From: Spirochaetia bacterium
GTDB taxonomy: Bacteria > Spirochaetota > Spirochaetia > SZUA-6 > Bin103
Length of the DNA stretch: 64,000 nucleotides
NCBI GenBank assembly: GCA_965203055.1
Contig: OZ241863.1
Span: 224,001 to 288,000, forward strand
Reading direction: 5' to 3'
Part shown: piece after piece, positions 29,197-37,772 of the stretch
How the letters are laid out: each line of letters begins with the position of its first letter
Numbering within the stretch: the first letter of the stretch is position 1
Program-made: the position numbers and the translations under genes
Notes under the pieces: model-generated
Databases searched by the model: none
What the model saw: only the letters and a program-made list of their open reading frames with translations
What the model was told of the DNA's origin: nothing

Positions 29197-30165
29197 ATGA
29201 AGCAACTGGGAATCGGGTTCTTCGGCGCGGGCATGGTCGCCAACCTGCACGCCGAGGCGGTGGCGCGCTGCCCGGGGGCGCGGCTGGTGGGGTTGTGGAA
29301 CCGGACCCCGGCGCGGGCGCAGGAGAAGGCGCGCGCCTACGGCTGCGCCTGCTATGGGAGCGCGGCCGAACTGTTGGCCGATCCCGCCATCGACGCGGTG
29401 CACGTGCTCACCAACCTGGAGACTCATCACCGGTTGACGCTGCAGGCCCTGGCCGCCGGCAAGCACGTGCTGGTGGAGAAGCCGGTCGGCGCCACCGTGG
29501 CCGAGATCGAGGAACTGGCGGCGGCCGCGGCCCGCGCGGGACTGGTGTGCATGCCGGGTCACAACTACCTCTACGAAGATGGCGTGCAACGCGCCGGCGA
29601 GCTGATTGCCTCCGGCGCGCTGGGGCGGCTGGCGGCGGTATACGTGCTGTACAACATCCACCACTCGGAGGAGATTGCGGGCCTGTTTCCGGGGGTGATC
29701 CGCCAGATCCTGACCCATCACGCCTACCTTCTGCTCTATCTCGCCGGCCGTCCGACCGAGCTCACCGCGATGAAGGCGACGCTGCACTACGAGCGCCTCA
29801 CGCAGGAGGATATCGCGCTGGTCAACCTGCGCATGCAATCGGGCGCCTTGGCGCACCTGGAAGCCAGCTTCGCCGCCGATGACCACACCGCCGATCCCTG
29901 GACGGTGCTGGTGAAGGCGATCGGCACTGACGGCGCCGCCCGTTACAGCTACCGCGACTGGGTACAGAACAAACCGGCGGACGCCCACTCCCAGACCTAC
30001 AGCGCCTACCCGTACACGATCTACCGCGAGGTGCGGCACTTCGTGGCCCACGTCCGGGAGGGCGGGCCGGCGCCGCTGTCCGGCCTGGAGGATGCCGCCA
30101 TGGCGCAACGCATCGTGGAGGCCGCGGAGCGCTCCGCCGCCGAAGGCCGGTCGATCAAGCTGTAG
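29197..30165 (+). CDS. Gfo/Idh/MocA oxidoreductase
   Basis: GFFGAGMVA and AGKHVLVEKP. Confidence 0.9.
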   Translation: MKQLGIGFFGAGMVANLHAEAVARCPGARLVGLWNRTPARAQEKARAYGCACYGSAAELLADPAIDAVHVLTNLETHHRLTLQALAAGKHVLVEKPVGATVAEIEELAAAAARAGLVCMPGHNYLYEDGVQRAGELIASGALGRLAAVYVLYNIHHSEEIAGLFPGVIRQILTHHAYLLLYLAGRPTELTAMKATLHYERLTQEDIALVNLRMQSGALAHLEASFAADDHTADPWTVLVKAIGTDGAARYSYRDWVQNKPADAHSQTYSAYPYTIYREVRHFVAHVREGGPAPLSGLEDAAMAQRIVEAAERSAAEGRSIKL

Positions 30166-30171
30166 GCGCCG

Positions 30172-32403
30172 TCATGAGCGGCGTTGCTTGCGCCAGGCGT
30201 GGAACGCCACCGCGGCGGCCACCAGAAAGCGGTACTGATCCAGCGCCGCGGTAGCGGGACGCCGCAGCGCCTGCAGCAGGGTGGCGGCCACCGGCGTACC
30301 GCCGGCCACCACCGGCACCTGCTCCATGGCGCGCTCGGCGGCCGCGTAGAACGCCGGCGGGGCGTCGAACTGCGCCACCGGCGCCGTCACCAGGCTCAGC
30401 GTCTGCGGCGGCAGGCGCCGCTGCTCCTGCCGCTCGGCCACGAAGTCGGCAATCAACGCCAGGCCGCGCCGCGGCGCGCCGAGGAAGCCCTGATACAGCG
30501 GATAGAAGACGTCCGCCATCTCCAGGATGCCGGCCGCGGAGAGGATGACCTCGTCGCGCACGTACCTGGTGGGAGCGCGTTCCAGCGCCGCCAGCAGAAT
30601 GTCCAGACAACCCGGGTCGGCGAACAGCTCCAGCGCCACCGCGCCGTGGATCAGCAGCCGCGGGTTGCCGGTGGCGGTGAAGATCTCTTCGATGGCGGGG
30701 CGGCTGGCGTTGTCGCCGAGCTGCGCCAGCGCCATCATGCACTTGCCCTGCAGGAAGATGTCGGGGGAGGTCAGGCCCCGGCGCAACACCTCGGCGCCCT
30801 CCTGAATCCGCTTGCGGCCGATCAGTTCGGCCGCCTTGTGAGCGGTGGTGAAGGGCTGATGCTCCACCTCGGCCATGAGGGCGCGCGCGATCTCGTCGTT
30901 TGCCGGGATCTCGGACAGCGCGTCGAGCGCCTCGGTGCGCACCGCGAAGCGCGGCGACTCCAGGCTGCGCAGCAGCTCCGGCCCCGCCAGCCGCGACTGC
31001 GCGCCGCCGAGACGGCGCACCAGGGACTGCTCCCGGGCGGGGGTGCGGCTCGCCTTCAGGCGGTGCATCAGGGCCAGCGCGCGCAACTGCCGGGGCGAAC
31101 CGAAGATGCTCAGCAGGTCGTGGACCCGGTAGGCGCCGAGCCGCTCCAGCCGGGCGGTGAGCATCAGCAGACCGACGTAGGCGGCCATGAGCGCCCCGTA
31201 GTAGAGGCGGTACACGTCGCTGGTTTCGAGGTTGAGAGAAGCCAGGCGGTCCAGCGCAACGCCGCCGGCGATGGCGCCCAGGGTGGCCGAAATGCCGGTC
31301 ACCAGAAAGTTGAGGATGCCGAGGTTGAGCCGCTCCGCGCGCGGCGTCAGGTTGAAGTAGTAGACGGCGTGGGCGTTGGCGATGCCGTTGGCGCCAAAGG
31401 TGGCGAAGAAGAACACCACGCCCAGGTAGATCCACAACGCCGTCTGACTGCCCAGCGGCGGCGCTACCGCCACCAGCACCACGGTGACCGTCAGGATGGA
31501 GGTGAAGATCGTCATCAGCGGCTTGGCGCCGACGCGGTCGATCACGAAGCCGCTCACCAGCGCCATGACGATCGCGCCCACCGAGCCGACCGCCCCCAGC
31601 AGCATGGCGGCGTTGTCTCCCAGGCCGTGGACCCGTTTCACGTAGACCACCAGGAACGGCAGCACCATCGACGCGACGAAGCTGTTCACTCCCAACAGGA
31701 GCACGAAGCGGGCCACGCCGGAGCGGCGCATGACCCGGACTACCGACCTGACGAAGCCGCCGCCGCGGGCCGGCGCCGGCGGTTCCGGGAAGCGGAAGAC
31801 GACGCGGGTGGAAAGGAAGCCGACCAGGATGCCGGCGCCCAGCAGCAGCGAGAAGAGAAACAGGGGGGACTGCTCCTGCAGCAGCAGGCCAACGCCGACC
31901 CCGGTGCCGATGGCGCCGAAATGGCCCACCAACTGGTTGCGCGCCAGGAACGAGCCGCGTTCCTCCTCCGTGGTGATGGTGCCGATGACGGCGTTGTGGC
32001 CGGTGATGGCGATGCCGCGCGCGAGGTTGAAGCCGACCACGCTGCCGGCGATGAGCCAGATGGCGATCGGCGACTCGCTGCGCGCGAACAGCGGCGCGAA
32101 CAGAATCGGGCTCATCAGGGCGTAGCGGATCAGCCAGAAGACGCCCATGGTGCGCACGGTGCCCAGGCGGCGCACGATGATGCGGCCCACCAGCGGCAGG
32201 AGCTGCCCCAGGGGGACGAACGAGTAGAGCATGCCGACCAGCAGGTCGCCGGCGCCGAGGCGCAGCGCGTAGAGGGCGATGATGTTGCCGGTCAGAAGCT
32301 GGAACGAAATCACGTTGAGGAAGGCGAACAACGTGAAGTTGCGTTGCGCGACGCGCAGTTGGCGCGGGGTCAGACTCTCGTCGAGCGGCACGGAGGTACT
32401 CAC
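30172..32403 (-). CDS. MFS transporter fused to a C-terminal HEAT-repeat domain
   Basis: About 12 TM helices with GFVIDRVGAKP, then helical repeats (VRTEALDAL, AAELIGR, MALAQLGD); start uncertain. Confidence 0.8.
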   Translation of the reverse strand: MSTSVPLDESLTPRQLRVAQRNFTLFAFLNVISFQLLTGNIIALYALRLGAGDLLVGMLYSFVPLGQLLPLVGRIIVRRLGTVRTMGVFWLIRYALMSPILFAPLFARSESPIAIWLIAGSVVGFNLARGIAITGHNAVIGTITTEEERGSFLARNQLVGHFGAIGTGVGVGLLLQEQSPLFLFSLLLGAGILVGFLSTRVVFRFPEPPAPARGGGFVRSVVRVMRRSGVARFVLLLGVNSFVASMVLPFLVVYVKRVHGLGDNAAMLLGAVGSVGAIVMALVSGFVIDRVGAKPLMTIFTSILTVTVVLVAVAPPLGSQTALWIYLGVVFFFATFGANGIANAHAVYYFNLTPRAERLNLGILNFLVTGISATLGAIAGGVALDRLASLNLETSDVYRLYYGALMAAYVGLLMLTARLERLGAYRVHDLLSIFGSPRQLRALALMHRLKASRTPAREQSLVRRLGGAQSRLAGPELLRSLESPRFAVRTEALDALSEIPANDEIARALMAEVEHQPFTTAHKAAELIGRKRIQEGAEVLRRGLTSPDIFLQGKCMMALAQLGDNASRPAIEEIFTATGNPRLLIHGAVALELFADPGCLDILLAALERAPTRYVRDEVILSAAGILEMADVFYPLYQGFLGAPRRGLALIADFVAERQEQRRLPPQTLSLVTAPVAQFDAPPAFYAAAERAMEQVPVVAGGTPVAATLLQALRRPATAALDQYRFLVAAAVAFHAWRKQRRS

Positions 32404-32638
32404 GAGGCGCCCCGCCGCTGCCGGCGGGCCGCCGCCGTACCGCACGTTGCTTGCCGCGCGCCGGGGCCGGCAAGGGCGCCGGGCGGCCCCCGCCGCGCGC
32501 TGCCGCACCCTCCCGGGAGCGCCTCCGCCGCGCCCGTGCGCGGTGCGCCGCCGTAACCGTAGGTCCCCATACTACATGTATCGTCCGTCCTGCCTCCGGG
32601 AACCTCTGAAATCCTGCATCAATGTACCGGCATGCCTG

Positions 32639-32668
32639 TTGACAGGCCGGGGCTCGGCGCTATAGGGT
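32639..32668 (+). promoter_or_regulatory. Sigma70-type promoter
   Basis: Consensus TTGACA at 32639-32644, followed by TATAGG (N16) or TAGGGT (N18). Confidence 0.6.
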
Positions 32669-32673
32669 CACCG

Positions 32674-32840
32674 TGAAATCGATCTGACCGCGATTGGTGT
32701 TCCCGCGCATGTCGGGCCCACCGCGCGGAATACAACAGCCCACCATGCGGACTCTGGGAGTAGCTACCCGCCGGTCCGCGGGCAAATACGCGTGGAGTCC
32801 TACCATTCAGGGAACATCTGCGTGTGTCGGATCGATTTCA
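32674..32840 (+). ncRNA. Candidate ~167-nt rod-shaped structured RNA (6S-like shape, family unassigned)
   Basis: 32674-32688 pairs with 32826-32840 (15 bp, one G-U); GGTGTTCCC with GGGAACATC; GCCC with GGGC; GCGGAC with GTCCGC. It begins at the expected transcription start of the promoter. Confidence 0.55.
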
Positions 32841-32892
32841 AACGGCCCGACACCTATGGATGACACCAACAACACTACACTCGAAGAGAAAG

Positions 32893-33185
32893 ATGGACTC
32901 CACCGTCGTGATCGACCCCCAAGGAGAATCACCCACCATCGCGCCGACCTCGCAACGTCTGTTCCCCACGCAAGGATGGTTCCGACGATTGACCGTATCG
33001 GTACGCGCCAAACAGTTGACCGAGCGCATCAGCATCGACACCCGCGAGGGCACGTTGATAGGCGAACCAGGCGACTGGCTGATCACCGGCATCGAGGAGA
33101 ACAGTATCCCTGCGCCGACTCCATCTTTCGCCGCCTCTACGAACCCTTGAGAGCCGAGGTCGCAGACCCGGCGGATGAGACATGA
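32893..33185 (+). pseudogene. PGDYG-like (phage-type) small protein with a 1-nt frameshift
   Basis: TREGTLIGEPGDWLITGIE in one frame continues as GEQYPCADSIFRRLYEP in another; junction near 33096. Confidence 0.7.
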
Positions 33186-33355
33186 CGCCCTGGTACGTCA
33201 AGGTGTTCTGGTGGACGTTGGGCATCTGGGCGCTGGGCGCGTTGGTGTTGTCCGGCGATGATTCCACACCATACCCGCCAAACCACACCGTACCCTATAA
33301 CGCCTACGAGGAAGCGCTGCAGCCTGACAACCTCTGTCCCACAGGACCATGCTGA
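33182..33355 (+). CDS. 57-aa single-pass membrane protein (not in the ORF track)
   Basis: MTPWYVKVFWWTLGIWALGALVLSGDDSTPYPPNHTVPYNAYEEALQPDNLCPTGPC; ATGA overlap with the upstream stop. Confidence 0.55.
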   Translation: MTPWYVKVFWWTLGIWALGALVLSGDDSTPYPPNHTVPYNAYEEALQPDNLCPTGPC

Positions 33356-33384
33356 CGACCAGCCCTTCAAGGAGACCTAGTAAA

Positions 33385-34005
33385 ATGCGCATCGTCTTCA
33401 CCCCTCTCGCCATGCTCCTCGCCCTCACGGCGTGCGAGGAAACCGCCACACCCAACATCACCGTCCCTACCGCACCGCCGGCAGCCCCCGCGCCGACCGA
33501 GCCTGCGTCCACCATCGTGACCCTGACGATCGTCAGCGACGAAGCCGGAACCTCACATCGCAACGGCACCGCCGCGGCCCTCAACCGAATTGAGAACACC
33601 GATGAGATCACCCGAAACCGTACGATACGGTATCCTACGGGCTTCAAGACCGGCGTCAGGCACGACACCGAAGAACACGTGTACCAATGGTGGGCATTCG
33701 AATCGAACCCAATCACCGGCGCGTTTACCAACACCGAAATCCTGCGCATGGGAGGCCAAAGCCTCGACAACGGCCAGTCCTGGTACATCAGTTCGATGGA
33801 GATCACGCCATCGTTCAGAGTAAACGTGCGCGCAATCCTCGGCACCGGCGGCGGATCTGCCGAGTCAACACTGATCGTCACGCTATTCGCGGACGTCACC
33901 TTAGGAATGTACGCCGGGACCCTCGATACCACCCTCGCCGAAGCTGAGGCCGTCGTGAAGCGCCACCTGGCAACGAATTCTATAGTGTTAAGTTTCCGCC
34001 TCTGA
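33385..34005 (+). CDS. Hypothetical lipoprotein
   Basis: SD AGGAG, signal peptide with lipobox LTAC, Pro/Ala linker. Confidence 0.75.
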   Translation: MRIVFTPLAMLLALTACEETATPNITVPTAPPAAPAPTEPASTIVTLTIVSDEAGTSHRNGTAAALNRIENTDEITRNRTIRYPTGFKTGVRHDTEEHVYQWWAFESNPITGAFTNTEILRMGGQSLDNGQSWYISSMEITPSFRVNVRAILGTGGGSAESTLIVTLFADVTLGMYAGTLDTTLAEAEAVVKRHLATNSIVLSFRL

Positions 34006-34082
34006 TCATGGAGATGGAACTACGGGCGGCGACCGCAGATCACCAGCCGTCCGAAGCGTGTCAGATTCGCAATCCTTACGCC

Positions 34083-34505
34083 ATGATCAAGCGACTAGGG
34101 GCATTCGCAGTCGTAGCAGCGATAATTGGCGCCGCGAGCTGCGTTTCGCCGGCGACAAGCGCGCCACCCGCGGCGCCGGAAGCGGCTCCCGAGCCGCCGG
34201 AAGCGCCGGCGGCGCCGGGCGGTCTGACGGCGCCGCCGGGTGACCGCAGCATCAGCCCCGACAGGGACGACACGAACAACCCCAGCATCGTTTCCTACGA
34301 GGTGCGGCTGAGCAGTCTGGCCGACACGGAGAGAGCGATCAACAACATGTACGCCTATCTCAGAACTCTGGTCACATGGCTGGGAAACCTGGAGGATGCG
34401 TTCGACATCCACATCCATCCGACCCCAGCGCCATTTGGGACCACGGAATATACCAGAAGAAGGGTCGGTGACATGCCATCGCCTCCCTCGGGGCCGTCAC
34501 CGTAA
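34083..34505 (+). CDS. Hypothetical lipoprotein with a degenerate fibronectin-III-like segment
   Basis: Signal peptide ending AASC; PAAPGGLTAPPGDRSIS...SIVSYEVR resembles the start of an FN3 repeat. Confidence 0.55.
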   Translation: MIKRLGAFAVVAAIIGAASCVSPATSAPPAAPEAAPEPPEAPAAPGGLTAPPGDRSISPDRDDTNNPSIVSYEVRLSSLADTERAINNMYAYLRTLVTWLGNLEDAFDIHIHPTPAPFGTTEYTRRRVGDMPSPPSGPSP

Positions 34506-34561
34506 GCCGTCCGTCCCGATCTTGATTGTCGCGGCCGGGTCATATTGCTACGATGCGGTAG

Positions 34562-35644
34562 ATGAGCCCCGGACGCGAGACCCGCCCCCGGTACGATGAG
34601 CGGTACAAGACGCTGTTCGCCTTCCCGCGCATGGTCGAGGACCTCGTGCGCGCCTTCTTCGGCGGCGAGCAGCTCGCTGCCATTGACTTCTCGACGCTGC
34701 AGAAGCTGTCGGCCGAGTACGTCAGCGACGAGTTGCTGAAGCGCCACGGCGACGCCGTTTGGCGGCTGCGGGTGGGGAATGGTTGGACCTATCTGCTGGT
34801 GCTGCTGGAGTTCCAGTCGCGCGATTACTACTACATGGCGCTGCGCATCCTGGTCTACGTCAGCCTGATGTACCAGGAATGGCTGCGCAACGAGGGGCGG
34901 GAGGGGCAGGAGGCGCGCCGCTTGCCGGCGGTGCTGCCGGTAGTGCTCTACAACGGCGCGGCGCCGTGGCGCGCGCCGCAGGAGGTGGGCGAGTTGATCG
35001 CGCCGGTGGGGCAGTGGCTGGCGCCGTACCAACCGGCGCAGCGATACTTCGTAGTGGACGAGCAGCGCGTCGGGGCGGACGCGGTGCCGCGTGGGAATCT
35101 GATGCGGGCGGTGCTGGGGCTGGAGCAGAGTCAGTCGCCGGAGGACTTGTTGCGGGTAGCGGCCTCGCTGGAGGAGTGGCTGGCGGGGTCGGAGCACGAG
35201 GAGTTGCGACGGGTGTTTGAGGACTGGCTGGAGAGTTTGATTGAGCAGGTCAAGCGGGAAGGGGAGGAGCTGCCGGAGATGGGGAACCTGAAGGAGATAC
35301 GGATGACGTTGGAAGAGCGAGTGAAGGAGTGGCCGGCGCAGTGGCTGCGGGAAGGCCGCGAACAAGGTCTTGAGCAAGGCCGAGAGCAGGGCCGCGAGGA
35401 AGGCCGCGAGGAAGGCCGCGAGGAAGGCCGCGAGGAAGGTCGCGAGCAGGGACTTGAACACGAACGAACGCTATTGCGCCGTATGGCAGCGTTGCGGTTT
35501 GGTGCGGAGACCGGCGAGCGTGCGGCGGCTCTGATGGCGGACATCGGGGAAGCGGATCGACTGGCCGACATCGGCGACTGGCTGGTGCGGTGCGGCGACG
35601 GCGGCGAATTTCTGGCACGAGTAGCGTCTATCGCGCGGGCGTGA
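34562..35644 (+). CDS. Rpn-family recombination-promoting nuclease / PD-(D/E)XK putative transposase
   Basis: YDERYKTLF, GDAVWRL, LLEFQS, MALRILVY and LPAVLPVVLYNG, plus (E/Q)EGR tail repeats. Confidence 0.92.
   Translation: MSPGRETRPRYDERYKTLFAFPRMVEDLVRAFFGGEQLAAIDFSTLQKLSAEYVSDELLKRHGDAVWRLRVGNGWTYLLVLLEFQSRDYYYMALRILVYVSLMYQEWLRNEGREGQEARRLPAVLPVVLYNGAAPWRAPQEVGELIAPVGQWLAPYQPAQRYFVVDEQRVGADAVPRGNLMRAVLGLEQSQSPEDLLRVAASLEEWLAGSEHEELRRVFEDWLESLIEQVKREGEELPEMGNLKEIRMTLEERVKEWPAQWLREGREQGLEQGREQGREEGREEGREEGREEGREQGLEHERTLLRRMAALRFGAETGERAAALMADIGEADRLADIGDWLVRCGDGGEFLARVASIARA
35351..35458 (+). repeat. 12-bp coding tandem repeats (EEGR/EQGR/EQGL) in Rpn
   Basis: GAGGAAGGCCGC-type units read directly. 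Confidence 0.9.
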
Positions 35645-35843
35645 TGGCAGTCGCGCAGGTGCGACGCCGCCCTCCGCGGCCGACGGCGGGCATTTTTCAG
35701 GAGCGCCCCGGCGGCGCCCACTGCCGCAGGTCGTGCTCGGTCAGACCGAACCGCGCGAGTTGCGAGTGAACGAAGCTCTCGTAGAGATCGCCCAGCCGCT
35801 GCTGTCTTGCCGGGGGCGGCGCTTCCTTCTATCATGCGGGACT

Positions 35844-36863
35844 GTGAAAGTAGTTCAGACCACCGATGACAAGCAGGTTCGACTGGCGGAGGTTCCCGAC
35901 CCGCAGGCGCAGGGCGAGTGGGCCGTCGTCAAGATTCTGAGCGCGCCGATGTGCACCGAGTACAAGGCGTACCAGGCGGGGCGCGGTCTCGCCTCCATGG
36001 GCCACGAGGCGGCCGGCGAGGTGGTGGCGGTGGACCAGTCCAGCCTGGTGCAGGTGGGCGACCGCGTGGCGGTGATGCCGCAGACGAGCTGCGGCGTGTG
36101 CGACCTGTGCCTGGCGGGGGAATACATCCATTGCCAGCAGGGGCCGAACCCGGAAGAGCTTGGCGTCTACCGGCACGGCACCGGCACCTACGCCCAGTAC
36201 GTGATCAAGCAGGACCGCTTCCTGGTGCCGCTGCCGGAGGGCATGTCCTTCGATCACGGCAGCATGGCGTGCTGCGGCCTGGGACCCACCTTCGGCGCCA
36301 TGCAGCGCATGAACGTGGGCAGCGGGGAGACGGTGCTGGTCACCGGCATCGGCCCGGTCGGGCTGGGGGCCATCGTCAACGCCCGGCACCGGCGCGCCCG
36401 CGCCATCGCCGTGGAGACGATTCCCTTTCGGCGCGAGCTGGCGCTCGAACTCGGCGCGGAGGCCGCGGTCGACCCCACGGCCGCCGGCGCCCGGGAGCAG
36501 GTCATGGAACTCACCGGCGGGCGCGGCGTGGACGCGGCGGTGGACTGCAGCGGCGTGGGCGCGGCGCAACGGTTCGCCCTCGACTGCCTGCGCCGCCGCG
36601 GGCGGCTGGCCTTCGTCGGCCAGGGCGGGGAGGTGCCGCTCTACACCAGCCGCGACATGGTCAGCAAGGGGCTGGCGCTCTACGGGGCGTGGCACTACAA
36701 CCGCGCCGACGCCTCCCGTCTGCTGGGCGTGATCGCTGACTCCGGGGAGCTGCTCGACCGGCAGATCACCCACCGGATGCCGATGAGCGCCGTGCAGGAA
36801 GCGTTCGAGCTGCAGCTCAGCGGTGAAACCGGCAAGATCATCCTCCACCCCTGGGAGGAGTAG
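35844..36863 (+). CDS. Zinc-binding (MDR) alcohol dehydrogenase
   Basis: GHEAAG, CGVCDLC...C and GIGPVG; upstream TTGCCG-N17-TATCAT supports GTG at 35844. Confidence 0.9.
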   Translation: MKVVQTTDDKQVRLAEVPDPQAQGEWAVVKILSAPMCTEYKAYQAGRGLASMGHEAAGEVVAVDQSSLVQVGDRVAVMPQTSCGVCDLCLAGEYIHCQQGPNPEELGVYRHGTGTYAQYVIKQDRFLVPLPEGMSFDHGSMACCGLGPTFGAMQRMNVGSGETVLVTGIGPVGLGAIVNARHRRARAIAVETIPFRRELALELGAEAAVDPTAAGAREQVMELTGGRGVDAAVDCSGVGAAQRFALDCLRRRGRLAFVGQGGEVPLYTSRDMVSKGLALYGAWHYNRADASRLLGVIADSGELLDRQITHRMPMSAVQEAFELQLSGETGKIILHPWEE

Positions 36864-36912
36864 CGCGCCAACGAGCCCGGCCGCGGCGGCGACCGGCCGG
36901 GAACTCGGATTT

Positions 36913-37770
36913 TCAGCGGGCGGCGAACCAGCCGAAGGCGTCGGCGAACACGATCCAGTAGTAGAGCAGATAGCCGCCGGCGCCGGCCAGGAACATGGCG
37001 CTGGCGCGGCTGATGGCCAGCATCGAGCCGCGCAACCAGCGCGCCACCGCGCCGCGGAACAGCGCGGCGCCGACCGTTACCGCGATCAGTACCGATCCCA
37101 TGCCCAGGGCGTAGCCCATGAACTGGCCGAAGGCGGCGCCCAGCCCCTGAGTGCCGAGTCCGATACCGACCACCGCCAGGAAGATCGGCAGGGTGCAGCT
37201 CAGCGAGCTGATCGAGTAGGCGGCCCCGAACGCGACCACGTTGCCGAGGTTGCGGCGCGGGCTGACGTGGACCCGGCTGGCGGCCAGCAGCGCCAGCTTG
37301 CCGCGCCCGCTCAGCAGCCACAGGCCGAGACCCAGCAACACCGCGCCCAGCAGCGCCCCGAAGTAGCGGAAGGTGGAGGTGAGCCACTGGCCGCCTGCGG
37401 CAACCACCAAGCCCACCGCCGCGGCCACCGCCACGAAGCCGCCGGTGGCCGCGGCCCCGAGCAGCAGGCCGCGCCCGGCGCGCTCCGGGAACGAACGCCG
37501 GTAGAACCCCTCCTCCTCGTTGCCGAGGTGGTAGGAGATGTAGCTCGGCAGCATTACGAAGCCGCACGGATTGACGCTGGCTACCATGCCGGCCAGGAAG
37601 GCGAACAGGAACGGCAGGGTCACGGTCACGTTGGCTGCGGCCGACTCCACGTTGGCCTGCACGCGGATCACCGCGCCCAGCAGGACGGCCACCACCAGCG
37701 CCGGCACCGCGAACGAGATGATCTCGTTGCGGCGCGCGGCGGAGCGGCTGGCGGGCGTGGGGCGGCTCAT
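36913..37770 (-). CDS. Cytochrome c biogenesis CcdA/DsbD-like membrane protein
   Basis: AGMVASVNPCGFVMLPSY and SLSCTLPIF. Confidence 0.88.
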   Translation of the reverse strand: MSRPTPASRSAARRNEIISFAVPALVVAVLLGAVIRVQANVESAAANVTVTLPFLFAFLAGMVASVNPCGFVMLPSYISYHLGNEEEGFYRRSFPERAGRGLLLGAAATGGFVAVAAAVGLVVAAGGQWLTSTFRYFGALLGAVLLGLGLWLLSGRGKLALLAASRVHVSPRRNLGNVVAFGAAYSISSLSCTLPIFLAVVGIGLGTQGLGAAFGQFMGYALGMGSVLIAVTVGAALFRGAVARWLRGSMLAISRASAMFLAGAGGYLLYYWIVFADAFGWFAAR

Positions 37771-37772
37771 GT

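Noticed and set aside
32674..32840. Retron msr-msd, SRP RNA or tRNA
   Set aside because: No reverse transcriptase in the window, no SRP GGAA-tetraloop domain and no cloverleaf.
35660..35700. Intrinsic terminator after rpn
   Set aside because: The stem is short with a long loop before a T5 tract; too weak to call.
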